63,886 nt of DNA from Catajapyx aquilonaris (taxonomy: Eukaryota): contig KZ538534.1 in assembly GCA_000934665.2 (NCBI GenBank), forward strand, positions 1 to 63,886, written 5' to 3'. Position numbers and translations under genes: made by a program. How positions within the stretch are numbered: position 1 is the first letter of the stretch; the number at the start of each line of letters is the position of its first letter. Positions 26,770-41,047 of the stretch are shown piece after piece. A model generated the notes under the pieces. It searched no databases. It was not told where the DNA came from and saw only the letters and a list, made by a program, of their open reading frames with translations.

Positions 26770-26859
26770 TTGTCCGTTACATAGTGCGTATTGTCCGTTA
26801 CATCGTGAGTATTGTCCGTTACATCGTGAGTATTGTCCGTTACATCGTGAGTATTGTCC
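26770..26859. repeat. 21-bp tandem repeat (~4 copies)
   Basis: ttgtccgttacatcgtgagta x4. Confidence 0.9.
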
Positions 26860-27388
26860 TCTGGTTAGACACGGATTGACACCTGGGTTGTGACCTCATC
26901 ATGTATCCTCGATGACGCGAGACACAGCTCCCGAAGGCAAACAGTGGCCACCACCAACCAAGTGACTCCCACCATGTCTGTCCCCTCTCCCTCCCTCCCC
27001 ATCTTTCCCCCTCTTGGAAAATTTGGGAGGCGGAACACAAAGTGGACCCCGGTAACCTCCGCTGTCAGTCAGCGGCTTCCCTGGGCAGACTTCCTAATTC
27101 GGCCCCCTGATCCTGGCCTGATATCCCAACAATTCCATTGTCCCTCTGTCACTCATTACTCAATCATGCTGTCGACCTTTATCAGCTCCGGCAAGCCAGC
27201 CGTGTGTATTTTTCATTGGAACCAGCTGAACGGGCCTGTTGATCTGGGAACCCCCCTCTGTCAATCACTTTGATTGACGGCATAGGAGAAGTTGCCTCTA
27301 AGGGAAGAGAACCTGCTGATGGGGGCACATGGGGAGAATTATGCACTTTGAGGTGCTGGGTTTGTGGTTGGACATTGCGAGGGACCTG

Positions 27389-27539
27389 TGTCCGTTCTGG
27401 GAGGGTTTCCGTTATAGGCAGGTTCCACTGTCTAGTCCGTTATAGGGAGATTCCACTGCCTAGTCCGTTATAAACAGTGGAACTTGTCTATAACGGAACC
27501 TGTCACGCAAGATGTCGCATGTAACGGAAATTATTATTT

Positions 27540-27574
<35 letters not shown>

Positions 27575-28143
27575 TTAATTATTATTATTATTATTCAGCA
27601 GAAACTTGTTTGTACTTAGGCTCTTAGAGGGAAAAGGTTTGAGGAAGAGTGATGGAAAGATGAAGTTGTTAGATTTGAATTTCAAAGATCTGGTTATGGC
27701 AGGATGTCTCAATGTAGGCTGATTAATGAACATGTGACTTCATGGGTTAATTTGGTGTGTAACGGACGTTAACGGACTTTGAAAGTGGTGCGCATCTGTC
27801 GTGTATAACGGAAATCTTTTCATGCTCACTACGATTAGTTTTGAGCATATATGTTAAGAACTGTAATAGTGAACATTTAAAAAGTAGGTCATTCTATGTG
27901 CAAGTGACGCATTAGAAAACAGGGTCACTATTTTGTGTCACTGTTTTATGTGACATGACAGACCATCAACTTAGTTTGCTGATGGCGTTATCAGCATGTT
28001 TATGGCTCATGATAAGCGTTCCATGTTGACGAAGCTGATACTCGATGTGTCATGTTTTAAGAACCGAAGCGGATTATTTATGTCGCCTATAAGCGGAAAC
28101 TGATTACAGAAAATTGTCGCGGAACGTACAGGTTTTCACTGTA
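27389..28143. mobile_element. pogo/Tigger-like non-autonomous element remnants
   Basis: Left-end-like CAGTGGAACTTGTCTATAACGGAA at 27475, right-end-like caggttttcactg-TA ending 28143, internal TAACGGA repeats. Further copies of the end (ccgttataggcaggttccactg) at 27409-27472. Confidence 0.55.
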
Positions 28144-30144
28144 TAGCAACTTGTTATTCATGTAAGCCTTTATGAAATGCAAAATAGGTTATGCAAATTG
28201 AGCCTCCAACAATAAATGTGGTATACAATGCGTTCCAGAATAAGACAAGTTTTCATCATGTATTACAGACGTAGATCATGGCAGGTGCATGCATTTTATA
28301 TTGCAGTCCTGCAAACGAGATTTCCTTAACAGCAATTCTTGCAAACCTTGAAGCACATTCTAGGCTAATTAACGTCGAAAAGGTAGTTCACCTGCTTGTT
28401 ACCATATGTTACATCTTGTATCACACACAAAAAGTAAGCCGGTGTGACAACTAATGTGACACCCACGACCACGAACCTATTGCAACTCAGCATATCAGCT
28501 GCATGACACATGGTCGATTTTAGCTCACACTGTACACACTGCACATCCTTACTATCTCATATTTACATGGGCTTAATCTAACTAGAGTATCTGGACGTGA
28601 AGATATCTAACACTTTAACTTGTCAAAATAATGCAGCTTAACAAGCTAAATACTTGTTCATCACAGTGTCATGTTTTTAAATTGCTCAAGTCACGGTTTA
28701 AATTAAATATTTTAAAATTGTAAAATAAATATTTTGTCTCTCAACAGTACATAAGTGTTTAAAAAGTAGTGACTGGGACTTACGTATGCATATCACATTC
28801 AAAAATATCCTAGCGATTATCTGACCACTCGCTTACAATGTCCGGTCCAAAACCGACACTTGAACTCGTCGCCTTTCGCAGTTCCCATGTAAACCAAGTC
28901 ATAAACGTCAAAGTCACGTCAGAACAGCATTCACTAATAGGTTTGTGTAACTCCTTTGCCCATTTCTCATTCTGGGCTACCGGTTTATCAAAGGTACCTC
29001 GAAAAAAAAAAGACAAAAAGAAACGGTCCTTTCTCTTCTGTCAGCCCCCTGATATGTTACCCGAATCTGTTGGGCGTAATGAATCCTGCTGGTACGACCA
29101 TTACACGTAGTGTAAGCGCAAATTACGAACCAGTTGGAAGAAGGACCTGGGTAAGACCAGAGACCATTGGTAACAAACTTGTTCTGCCCACACAGGAAGC
29201 CGACCAGACGTCCTTCCATGCAACAAAGGACTGCATTGGTGGAATGTACCTTAGGCTGATGGCATTTTGCATGAAATGGGCGCCAGGTGGTTCCGACATA
29301 GGATGATTTACGTCGATTGCATGCGGGAAAAAGTTGCAATTGTCCAACTGGGTGCAGGCGGGTGGTTGACATTGTTGCATATGGCTACATTGAGAATTTT
29401 GTTTTCGGTATGAAACTGAGCAATAATTTTCAGCGAATTTTTTCGATTAATGTTAGATGGAAAAAATATCACAGTATGACTTTAGAGAGTCAATATTGAT
29501 ATATGGGTGGTATTTTCAGCGTATTAGTATATGTCTGTAATCATCATGCCAAGTACCCTATAAGTCGATATCCAGGTCGATACACAACATTACGTATGCA
29601 GGTTATTTATAGCCCACATATACGCGTGTCTAGACCTGTCCGGCAGTCAATATCCCTCATGATGGGTGTAAACATCTGCAAAAATCTATACGCATAATTG
29701 GACCTCCCCAAAAATGTAACAATGCAACTTTTGCAGTGTCAGCCCGTTTTTTTTTTTTTGAAAATATAACTCTGACTAATGAGTTGTGCTTGTCTGTGAT
29801 GTGTTGTTGACTCTGTCATCCGTATCTTTGATTACTCTTCAGGAGCTCGAGGCTTGTAGGGTATGGGGTGGGGTTGGTAGATAGTGGTTGGGTTGCTAGT
29901 GTCAACACTGACCCCAATGTGAAGAGGGGAATATTCTTTATCGGGAACGCCCAAGCCCCATAGTGTTGGGGTTGTTTGCATTTTGGCGGACCGGTGCTGC
30001 CCCGTTGATAGACAACGAGGCGAAAACGTGTCAATTACACATCCATTCTTGCACGCACGTTACACTTCACTTATACCACCGTTGGGTAGGGTGTGTTGGC
30101 CCCTGGGACAAAATGTACATTGGGAAGTCATTTTATTTTATTTT

Positions 30145-30252
30145 ATTTATTTATTTCGTATTTACCTCACTTCCATAAGGAAACTAAGGTCCCTAAGGCA
30201 CACAATAAATAATGCACTTTCCTTAGGGTAGGTAAATACGAAATAAATAAAT
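30145..30252. repeat. Inverted repeat with 23-bp perfect arms
   Basis: atttatttatttcgtatttacct...aggtaaatacgaaataaataaat; inner ccctaagg/ccttaggg. Confidence 0.85.
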
Positions 30253-33200
30253 GAAGGTTCGTTACAATGTCGCCCAGCATGTAGCACCATGCGTATAAAT
30301 ATGCAGCCTTGAGATATTTACTATTTGTGGTGTTGGCCACTGATAAAACCCTCCACTTTACTTATTTACGATCCAAAGTCCGACAATAATACAGGCGCCC
30401 TTCGCTTCAAGTAATTTGCAGGCCACTTTGGCAAATTGACTCCACGTGCCAAAAACGGTGACGTACTCGCAGAAAGTTGTTTACAAACCGATTGGTATTG
30501 GCGCCAACTTAGTGTAATATTCACCACTCAATTTGGTCCGTTTTCTTGGTATGCCTTTGAAGTTTATACAGCGTGGGGGTCTATTCGTAGAGTATTTTGG
30601 GGTTACGTGTCCCGGCAACGTCGCCCAAAAGTTATATTAGTGTGTGGAGGAGAGTCAGGGCGTGGGTTATGCAGATAGGCCGACGCCGCTTCGTTTCCAA
30701 GATTTATTCTCTTGGCCTTATCTTAGTCTACGGTAATTATCCGGGCAAATAAAAATGAGACAAGAGATAAATTTTGAAAATGAACAGCCTCCTGCAAAAT
30801 CTGGGGCATGGGACTTGAGGTGTAGGAGGGGGGTAATATTTTGGCCCAAAGTTTGGCATTGTTGGCACTGTGGAGGTACATTATTGCATACTTTTCATGA
30901 ATCGTATATGTATACGTTATTATAGCGTCGTAGAGCGGACCAAAAATAGATCGGTTTCACTTCTGAGAGCGTCTGATATTGCAATCAAACGTGATATAAT
31001 GTTTGGAGGACGACAGGAAAGGGGGAGATTTAGAGACCATCAATCAAGCCTGGTGCAATATTTACTACCCAATGACAGCCCTATTTCATGGAACATAAAT
31101 TGGATCGTGTGTTCATCATCGGAACTAGGATTTAGTCCCTACCCAAAATGACAGCCAAAATGTGCTCTTTTATTTATTTATGCATTTCCTTTAGCCACAT
31201 AATCCTGATCGCCAGATTCACATGGCTAACCCACCCTGTGAACCCATGTTCAACCCTCTTTGAAGAATAAGAGAGGGCATATCGAGCCGTTTAAACCAAT
31301 CTGCGGGCTATTGGTCACTCCAGTTCCTGCTCGCCTATAAATTATCCAGCACCTAAACCGTTCGATTCCACACAAAAACCACTGAGATTCCCAAGCCCGA
31401 TTTGAAAACGTGCTTTTAATTAGCTAAACTGTTCTAGGCCGGGCAGCGCAGTGGACCTGCGCAACGGTGGAACTGCGCAGAACAGATGCGTACTTGCAAA
31501 CTGCGTTGTAGCAATTTTTTTCCCCCGGTGAGAAATGGCCTCGTTGGTTTACAACCCTAGCGTGTATGTCATTCTTAACTTGGCCTTTATTTATGACACC
31601 TCATTACGACGCCTCTGCACGCCATACGTGAGTCTCTTGTCTTGATAACTGTGCTTCAATCCTGGCGTGAGATATAAAGACTAGCTCGTCTTTTATGAGG
31701 ACAGTCAAGTCAGCCTGAAAAATTTCCCTGCAGTCATTCTCTGCAGGGGGTACGTGCCAAAAGACCACTTGCCATCTGACTTTTCTGCAGGACATGCAAC
31801 ATGGACGTAACTATGGGAAACTTCCCATAGAACGACTATAAAAATTAGTTACACACGAAGGTTATAAAGCGAATTTATTAAATTTCTGCAATGGCATGAT
31901 TTAATTTTGATACAACGTAGCACTGTGCCATGTTGGTTACATCCTTGGTTGCATGATGGTGCCCTCAGGGGCCATCTTCTTGGACGTGTGTGCCCTCTCA
32001 GGCTGCCCTCCAGCTCGGCTGCCCATCCATCATGCCGTGTTTATCTTTCATCTCAGCCTCTCCTTCTTCTCTTCGGGCAAGCCAAAAAGCCGACTTCGCC
32101 TAGCCTAGCCCAGCTAAAGCTTCTTCTTTGGCTCCGACGCCAGCAGACACCCCTCCAAAATATGGCTTCCGTTTTGCTTCCAAACAAGCCACCGCCATTG
32201 TTTCTACATGGGGACCACTGCTGCTGCATGGCATTAGTTTTAAGGACAGACTGACTAGGGGGACAGACGAAAAATGGCGAGTGTGTGTCCCATCCCAGAA
32301 CTCGGCTGATTTATGGGCCAGGTTCAACTTGGCAGTGCCTACTATTTTTGGGATTATGCAGAATTATGTTAGATTAGGGTGGAACAGGAAGAGGATATCT
32401 GAGGTATACATGTGTGGCCAGAATTTGGCACAAAATGGGGGAAATTGACATCTATAATATTAAAATTGTATTTGTGTTGTATCGGTGGTAGTAGTAGTAG
32501 TACATAGTAGCAGTAGCAGCAGTAGTATCATCCGATTTGATGGGTAAATTAATATCTTTTATTATGATTGGTCCCCGTTCTACGCATGCGCAATGGGGTG
32601 GAGGCAGCGCCTCTGGTGGGTGAAAGGAGGAATTATCTCACAGCCTAACTATAGTTCGGAATTAATATTTGACTATATGTAACGTCCACACTTGTCACTG
32701 GTTGTAACCTAATGAGGCTGGCAGGACATATACAGTATGTAAAATCTCATATTTTCCACACACATATGGCCACACTTGCCACAAATCGTGGTTCCTGACA
32801 GGCCTAATTGTTACTCATCCAGGGCGGGGGCGAAATTACACACTTTACACACCGTTCAATGATCAATCGTACCATGCCCCGTACCATACTTAAGGACCAT
32901 TAACTTACCTCCACGAATTTTTTAATACCTGCCCATTTTAATGAAGGGGTATTTCATGGGTGTAACTACACTACTCCCGTGTTTTCTCCCAGGAGGTTAT
33001 GACTCATCAGACGGGCGAAAATTGATCCCGTCATGAACATGAAAGCTTGTTTCGAGGCCTTGTGTGGTCCTGATACAAAAGAAACCCTCCTTTGATTAGA
33101 ACTCGGCCCCTCTTAGGTGGTCCCATTCTTCATAAGTCTCTCTTTTCTCGAAACAATGCGAGCGATTTGCGTGCCGGTAATTAAACCCTTTCTGGGCGCC

Positions 33201-33773
33201 ATCTTGGTTCCAGGTACCGGTACTACTGGTCCGGTAGCCAGTAGCTAAGCGATGGGGTGGGTCATCACCATCAGCATCCCCACATTGATTTGGAATACCG
33301 GTACCCCCATGGTCTGTATAAAAAAATTTGTGTAAAAACCTCAAGGTAAACCGCACACGTGAGTAGAGGGGGCTGTCATCGCGGGATAATAAGCCTGTAT
33401 ACGTGTCCAGATGGTATCAAGGCGGAATTTCGCCTTCACCAACAATTTTCTGCCCTTCGTATGGAAGCTGGAGGCTTCATCGTTTGGAACGTGTATCGGA
33501 GGAGTACACGAATATCAAGCAGGTTATAATTAAACTACCCACCCCCTAAGTTGGCAGGTTTCCTAGAATCTCGGTTATTAACCACCACTGGTATTACAGG
33601 AAATGGAATAAAACACTGTCCCCCTCTAGGGGTGGGGTCAGATAATTACCCATTTTCTGCCAGAAAGTACCGGTGATTACTAGACACTGACCCACTGAGA
33701 AGTTATTCAATTTGTTGCCCTATCGTTGTACTTGAGCACGACAGGACTTGGTCAGTTAACAACAACAACAGTC

Positions 33774-33794
33774 GTAGAAGTAGTAGTAGTAGTA

Positions 33795-33846
<52 letters not shown>
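33774..33846. repeat. (GTA)n microsatellite
   Basis: Direct reading; explains the poly-Val spurious ORF. Confidence 0.95.
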
Positions 33847-33847
<1 letters not shown>

Positions 33848-34310
33848 TTTCTTTTATAAAAATATTATTAATACAGTACCGTATGTGTACCGTATATCAT
33901 TCTTTTATAAAATATTATTAATACGGTATGTGTATATCATTCTTTTATAAAATATTATTAATACGGTATGTGTATATCATTCTTTTATAAAATATTATTA
34001 ATACGGTATGTGTATATCATTCTTTTATAAAATATTATTAATACGGTATGTGTATATCATTCTTTTATAAAATATTATTAATACGGTATGTGCATATCAT
34101 TCTTTTATAAAATATTATTTATACGGTATGTGTATATCATTCTTTTATAAAATATTATTAATGTCTACATTAGTTTTCTGTTGTTAATATATTATTTATA
34201 TGTCTATATTAGTTTTCTGTTGTTAATATATTATTGATATGTCTACATTAGTTTTCTGTTGTTAATATATTATTTATATGTCTATATTAGTTTTCTGTTA
34301 TTAATATAAA
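33848..34310. repeat. Compound minisatellite: 40-bp unit followed by 39-bp unit
   Basis: aatattattaatacggtatgtgtatatcattcttttataa x~7, then atgtctacattagttttctgttgttaatatattatttat x~4. Confidence 0.92.
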
Positions 34311-37300
34311 TTATTAACAGGTCTGTATCAGTTATCCGTAGATGTTATAATATTATGCACACTAGTAAAATATTAATTTGATGTCAAAGAGATTGTCTTT
34401 TTTATAGGGATATGATTAGTGCAAAAGGAGGATAAGTAAACGAGTGTCTTGAGTTGGACAGGCTGTCACTCATCAACGGAGTCATTGGCACACCTGAGTT
34501 ATGAGGGTTGAGTGACGCGCATCTTTGCTAATTAGGTTAGAAATATTGAATTTCACGCCCGGCCATCCATCACCAAGGCAAGCGGTATGTGGGTTATGTC
34601 AATGCTCATTGCGAACACATGGTGGTGGGTCCACCCCATGTAAGAAGAAGTGAGGGGTGAAAGGGATGAGAGAAAGGAGAAGGAGAGAGAGAGGTGGGAA
34701 GGCAAGAGGTGTCATCCTGCCAGTTCCCTGGGATGACTTCTTATTGGGTTTTGGGAGCTTTCTTGGCAGCCGTCATGAAGGTGGAAGAGGTGGTCAGTTC
34801 AGAGTGACGCCAAGGGCAACGCCACTCTTAAAGGCAAAGGAGGAAGAAATAAGAGAAGAAGGGACGTGACGCCTCATTTGCATACGTTGCGAAAAAGAAA
34901 TGTTACTTGACACCCCAACTGGTTCCGACACCTGGAAGTGATCTGGACCAAATTGGGCAGCCTATTTCAAGACTGTGCAAATGGGCTGGTACCGGTTGTC
35001 GTTTACCGTTGCGTAACTCAACATATCGCAGTTTAATCAATTCCATGTACAGTCAGCTCCAAAGACATGCCCCAAATTCGGCTATTCCTGTTACTCTGAC
35101 GCCCGCACATTGTATACATAATGCGGTACCCGGAAACTGCTGAATATGTACCAAGATCCGTCAGTAATTCACTGTCCAAATCTGTGATGGCCGCCGACAA
35201 CCCTGACTTTTTGACTGATGTCTAGGATGGCCCTATGACGTCAGGCACAAATGAAACCGCACACAAGTCCTGGCCCCGAATCACCCCAGAACAGAAGGCG
35301 GTATTGATGCTCCACAGATGTTATCTCCCTCGGTGTCCTTTACACGAGTGGAGGCCAAGAGCCCTTCGAATTGCCGCCAATTAACGCAATCAAGCCTCGT
35401 TTTCTTCAGCACCCCACGACGGTCCTTTGAGAACAGCTTGCCTTACCACTGCTTGCCAGAGCCTTGGAACCTTCAGATTAGACTCATTAGACGGCTATGA
35501 TTGATGACAGCTGGAAGAGCCATTACTGGGGAGAACTTTGATGGAGAGGAATAGTCAAGATAGTGGCTTTTGTACACGAAGGGGACGGATCGCTTCTCCA
35601 ATGGTCCAACTCCATGCCACAACCAAGCACACCACAAAAGAAGGCCTTATGTGCTAACCCTCTTCAAGTCCTCTAGATGGAAAGGTGTACTTGCTTGACT
35701 GACTGACAACCCGGCCTAATATTATGTCAAGTGGCAAAAACAGACACAGCTGGAGGTTCGGACTGTACAACTAGTACAAGCAAGAATCATGACAAAACTG
35801 GTGGGTTTTTCCAAATTTTCTGAAGAAATGTACAGATTCCAGGTAAGAAACTTTCAAGTTAGTATTGCTTATTTTGGGTTCTATTTGCCTGTGGACCAGA
35901 AATCCTCAAATGTCCTTTCCTGGCCCCATACACGACATTCTAGGTAGTATGTCACCCATTTCCGCATCACCCTGCAGAACCGGGACCAAATCAAGTTTCT
36001 ATCCAACCTTTGAACCCCCCGGCAGTCCCCCCTTCATAGTAGTAGGCAAAGGGCTTTAGAAAATGGGTTGTCAGGTTTCCAAGAGCGCTCTGTCGGATTA
36101 GGAAACCAGGGTCCCCCCTCTGTATGAACTCATTCGCGACACCTGGAGTGGCTTACAGAAACCGTCGCCAATGGACCAGCACCGCCCAAGGGACGCATTT
36201 TTTTTCTTTTGAAGCGATATATCCGGAGGAATCGGGTTTCGTAGTCCTGAAGTGGCGCGGTGGGCCCCCTGTTCGGATGGAAAAACACAAGGAGCCCCCA
36301 ACTGTCGTGGTTTTCGCCTTTGGGCCATTCATTACGGCCGCTGAAAAGAAATTTTAATCTCCGTCTGACAGCGGGGGTCAACCCCCTTTTGAAACGGCTT
36401 GACAGAGCGTGATTATAGATTTACAAAGGAGCTGCCAGTTGGAACCGCGGCGAAGTGGCCGCCGCCATGATGGATGACAAGGGCCCCCGAGGAGAAGAGA
36501 GAGAAGAGATGTTGCCATGTAGGATCACGGACAGTTGTAGCACCGGATTATGGACGTCACGTTTCGGTGGTTGGGGGCCCTACCTTTTTTCTGTAATGGA
36601 ATGACCAGTGGCGTGCGGTGGACCAGGAAGAACGGCGAAAAACTTGGGTTTGCCCTAAAGTGTCATGGCGGCTGGGAAGTGGGCAAATAGTATTTTTGAA
36701 TAGAGCAATCCATTATGGGAAATCAGCTTGACAGTTACAGGCGACGGTCCCTGGAGGCCAGCTGTCCCTAGAAGATCCCGTGCCCATAAATCACCCCGCA
36801 AAACCAATGGTATCCGGCCAGTGTTGCCAGGACGTTACCTAATGTTGTGCGGTAGTATGTTAGATGAGTGAGTGCATATGTCTGGTGAGCAGATCCCTCT
36901 GATGCGACATATTCAACCCGTAGTCTTTTCAGCTGCGGCATACTTGCTGCCATTATTTGCCGGGAGACAAGAGACGCGGTGACAGATTTACGAGCCCAAC
37001 CTTCAGCACACGCCATTATGGCGTCTGTTTTGTGATAGTGTGGCAATCCTACCTGTCAGGTTTGAAAAGCTGCGGAAGTGAAGCATCGCCGCTTTACTAG
37101 TTAGTCATCAGCCCACAACCGATAGTTTGTCTTACTGAAGGAATTGTCTTCTGTATATCATTGGCCAATACTTATGCAAAATTCAGCCTAGTAGTTTTTT
37201 TCTGGGCATGGGTGAAATTTTCGAAAATATTGTGTCCCCCAACCTGGCACACAATGATCTGACACAAACTACAGATTGCTCGCATTGTTTCGCACTCCAG

Positions 37301-40300
37301 CTTTGTGCTTAACAACAGCCCTGCATGTGTCAATCTACACACTATTTATCTTCAAAATCTGCCCTATCGCCGGATATGGGCCCATATCACAATAAGTTCA
37401 AAAAAAAAATCCCAAAAAATCGGATTGAAACATGCCCAATCGTGAAGTCCCTTCCTTCTGAAAAACTTAATGGCCACCCCATATATTTGGAAGGCTTCAA
37501 GAGGTGTGCAAAGAAAAACACACAAAGAGGGACTGGGGTTGGTTGGGGTTGGAGGTTTGGTGGGGTGTAGATGTATAAATCAACGGGATGAAAGCAACGG
37601 GCCCGACACCCCCAATGAATCTTGGCTTTGCACCATTCTTCGCCAGTCAAAGGATTCCGCTGCCTTCACTTGCAGGCTCCTTTCTCACTTGACCAGGGGG
37701 ATTATTTGTCCAAGTTCTCAGCTCTCAGCCAGTAATTCATAACCTTCGGCTTAGGCCACAAAAGGCCGGCTTGCTCTGAGCTCAGGATGATTGAAGTCCT
37801 GAAAATTATGGGGGTCTGAGAGGGACCCCCCTAGAAATGCGTGTCATTTGAGGGAGACTGGGGCGTACCAAGATGGCGGATCGAGTAAAGTTCAGGGGTG
37901 CCAATAAATTATAATAAATATTTGTTTGCGGACTGGAAATTGTAGGTTGGAACTTCTTGATTGGGGCTGTACTTGTAGGCAGGTGAGATGATTGGTGTGC
38001 TTTTGATGAATTATGTACGTGGATTGCGCGTTACATCGATTATACCTGGCAAGTTGGATCGCATGTGCGTGATGATCCATTTTTCTTGGACAGTTTTGTA
38101 GATGGGGAATGACGGTATCGACAAATGTAGGAAGATATAGGTGCATTATTAGACACATAGTAACTTCTTCAGTGAAGAAATTAATTTTTAGCAATTTATT
38201 GAAGATACGGCTTTTTTCCTGGACACAGCTGGTGCTCCACTTTACTGTAACAACAATGTGCAATAATATTTCACATGTCGCCCATTAATCACTTGCACAG
38301 GCCCAGTTTGAGTAAACGCACCTGGAAAGGCTGGTGTCCTCAATGGTTGTCTTGTTCCCAAGTCCTCAAAGACCACCTTCAACATTTTACCTCCAGCTGT
38401 GTTGTTGTGGCAATTTCCAGCCTGGGACAACAATCGCCAGCCAGACCACCTTTCAAGGCTCGTTTTGGTTGTCAACTGGGTGTGTCACAATTACCAATAC
38501 TTGAATGGGGAAGAAGTGACAGGACTAAAGGGAGTTAGGGACACCACCATTTTTCTGATGTGATTTTTTGGTTAACTTCAAACCACCGGGCCCTAGGCAG
38601 TGCGTGCGACAATGCAGTCTTCTTGAACGAAAATTCTCTTGATATTCCCCGCGTTTTCTTCCCTGCCAGCAAGTAAATAAATGCGAAGAGTGCACGTGGA
38701 AAAACAGGTTTCAAAATAGTATTGACAAACACTCCCGGGTGGTCCACACTGTTGGGCAAAAGCGCCCCTGGAACTTTTGGAACCCGGTATTCAAGTGCAG
38801 GCTACTACTTGCTTGGACGAACACGGAATCCCAAAAGTTTCCCAGGGCAATCTAACTTTGTCGTACAGTTTAGTACAGCTCAGCTTGTACTGTACGACTA
38901 AGCTGAACACATTAGGTGTTCTCCATCATATTCTAGCTCAGACCATGTGAACAGGTCTGGAAAATTTTGAGCGAAATCTTTCTAGTAGTCATTTATGACA
39001 TTTCTGTCAACACATTTTACATTTTTCGTCACGTTACGTATGGAGGGTTGAACCACCATGTGCACTATCCTTTGTCACTGTTTACAGAACCGGTACACAC
39101 GCAGTTCATCACCGGCTGGCATTACACATCATGGCTGGCGACGACGTAAATGTTTGTTTTGTCCCCAAAATTTTCAAACAAACACATCACCACACGAAGC
39201 CACGACTTTTGTTTCTTCGCACTCTTCTCCCTTGAGGTGGAAGATATGTCTTCGGTTGGCCATGCTTTTGGCCTGGGTTGTGCTGACATGTGCGAACCAG
39301 AAGAAGTGATAGCAATGGCCAAAGCAAAAGGAGTTTAGGGGCCATCTGGTCGGAGTGTACACAGCTGCCGACCCCGCTTTCTCTCGCACATCACCCCCAT
39401 ACAACACTCTAGCAAGAGGGTGCTAGGGGCGACAAAAAATATATGAGACTCATTTCATCATCGACCAACATTCCTGTGGAGGATTCTTAACACCCGGTGC
39501 CATTAGGGAGTGTCAAATTAGAATATGTCCAGGAACAGTTACGAAACACCCTGTAGTTTGACATATCGATTTTTTTTGGATGATTTCATTTATTTGTCCC
39601 AGTAAGTGACTGGTTGGACAGCCAACGTCGTTCTGTCACTGGCATCAGTTGTTGAGACACGACCTTAGGGTACACACATTAGAGCAAAAGGACAACAAGG
39701 CCATAGTAGTTATCTGTCAACAAACGAATTGAATGTGGAACACTAAACATTTGGGATCAATAGGACCCGGATATTTCTTTGTATGCTGCTAGATTACCAT
39801 CGGAAGCAATGGAATCGATAGGAAATAACAGATCCGGTGAATTCTGACCAATAGTCAACTTGTGTACTGACTTGAGCAAACAACGGTTGCATCATCTCAT
39901 ATTAATAAAAATGTCGGAATATGTAGTCCTATACATATGTATACTAGGTGAAATACGTCCTCTGTAAGGTTCAATTGAATAATTTATTGCACAATGTATC
40001 TCTTACGTCACCTCTGAAGGGCAATGGACCAAATGGAGCATCACATGTAAATTTAAAAAAATATTCGTTACTCTCAATTGCTAATACTTTTCTAAACACG
40101 CCACTTATTTCAGATCAGCAGTAATGAGTGTCATTCACATTTGTTTACCTCCCTTTAACATGCCAAAAATTGTAATCCAATTACCATCCCGCAGTAATCA
40201 AACGTCATCCCCTGTAAATAACAACAACCCTCACATTTTTACTCCTAAAAAACAACCCTCAAATTCCCACCATCTTGCCAAAAACCTGTCCTCTGACCCG

Positions 40301-40817
40301 CGAATTAATTACATCCGACACTTGACACGACACTTGTCTCTGTAACGTACTACCATAAATTGATTTTAATTACAAAAACCCTCCTACCCAACCCACTTCT
40401 TTTATTTTCTAGCCTCCCCATCCAAGGACGTCTTAGCTTTCATCACCTACCTACGTACAGTTACATGTATTACTGGCTTGGCAAGGTTCTGACTCCACGT
40501 TCCCACTGTCTTGTTTAATTACGCCCATATTTCCGTCATACCCCTCTGGGGTTTTTTTTTTACGGTGTACCGAAAATTTATCACACAACATATATTCCGC
40601 CCACCAGGTTTCTCGTGTTATGACTACTGATGAACAGCCTCGGAATAAAAATCGAACCAAAATATTGTTCCAAATTTTTGGAACCTGTCCTAGATCGCTA
40701 ATACTTTCGCAAATTTTTCAGATGTTGTTCCAATGCAGATGAGGCTGAAAAAAAGTGGATTACCATACACTGGGCACAAGCTAACAAAAAACGACATAAG
40801 TCCTGGAAGCTCAAAAC

Positions 40818-40823
40818 TTTATT
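40818..40823 (-). promoter_or_regulatory. Candidate polyadenylation signal AATAAA
   Basis: First AATAAA seen on the minus strand, ~225 nt past the stop. Alternatives lie near 40401 and 39983. Confidence 0.4.
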
Positions 40824-40849
40824 ACAGTGTTAAAACTTCATTTCCTCCG

Positions 40850-40857
40850 TATTTACA
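40850..40857 (-). promoter_or_regulatory. Pumilio response element TGTAAATA in 3' UTR
   Basis: Plus-strand tatttaca matches UGUANAUA on the mRNA strand. Confidence 0.45.
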
Positions 40858-40993
40858 TCCGTTTTATGCACAATTTAACAAAAAAAAAGTCTGCCGCGAC
40901 ACAAACAAAGCGCAAAAATTTTTGTCCAATTTACAATACCTAATTGCGATTCCTCATTAGCCAATTGCCGTTGGGGCAGCACTTTTCCGCACC

Positions 40994-41001
40994 TATCACA
41001 G
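40994..41001 (-). promoter_or_regulatory. K box (CTGTGATA), miR-2/13 family seed site in 3' UTR
   Basis: Plus-strand tatcacag reads CTGTGATA on the mRNA strand, ~46 nt after the stop. Confidence 0.5.
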
Positions 41002-41047
41002 GTCTTCACATATTGCTTAGCACCTGACCCCGGGTCAGAGGTCAACC

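Noticed and set aside
28150..29400. Possible decayed transposase or exon sequence (also 37900-39900)
   Set aside because: No DDE, RT or other motif recognisable by eye; BLASTX would be needed.
33726..33950. Poly-Val ORF (and poly-Ile ORF at 62368)
   Set aside because: Translations of GTA and AAT/ATT microsatellites.
33848..34310. CRISPR-like array (also considered at 21910, 24615 and 51416)
   Set aside because: Head-to-tail repeats without unique spacers, no cas genes, eukaryotic context.
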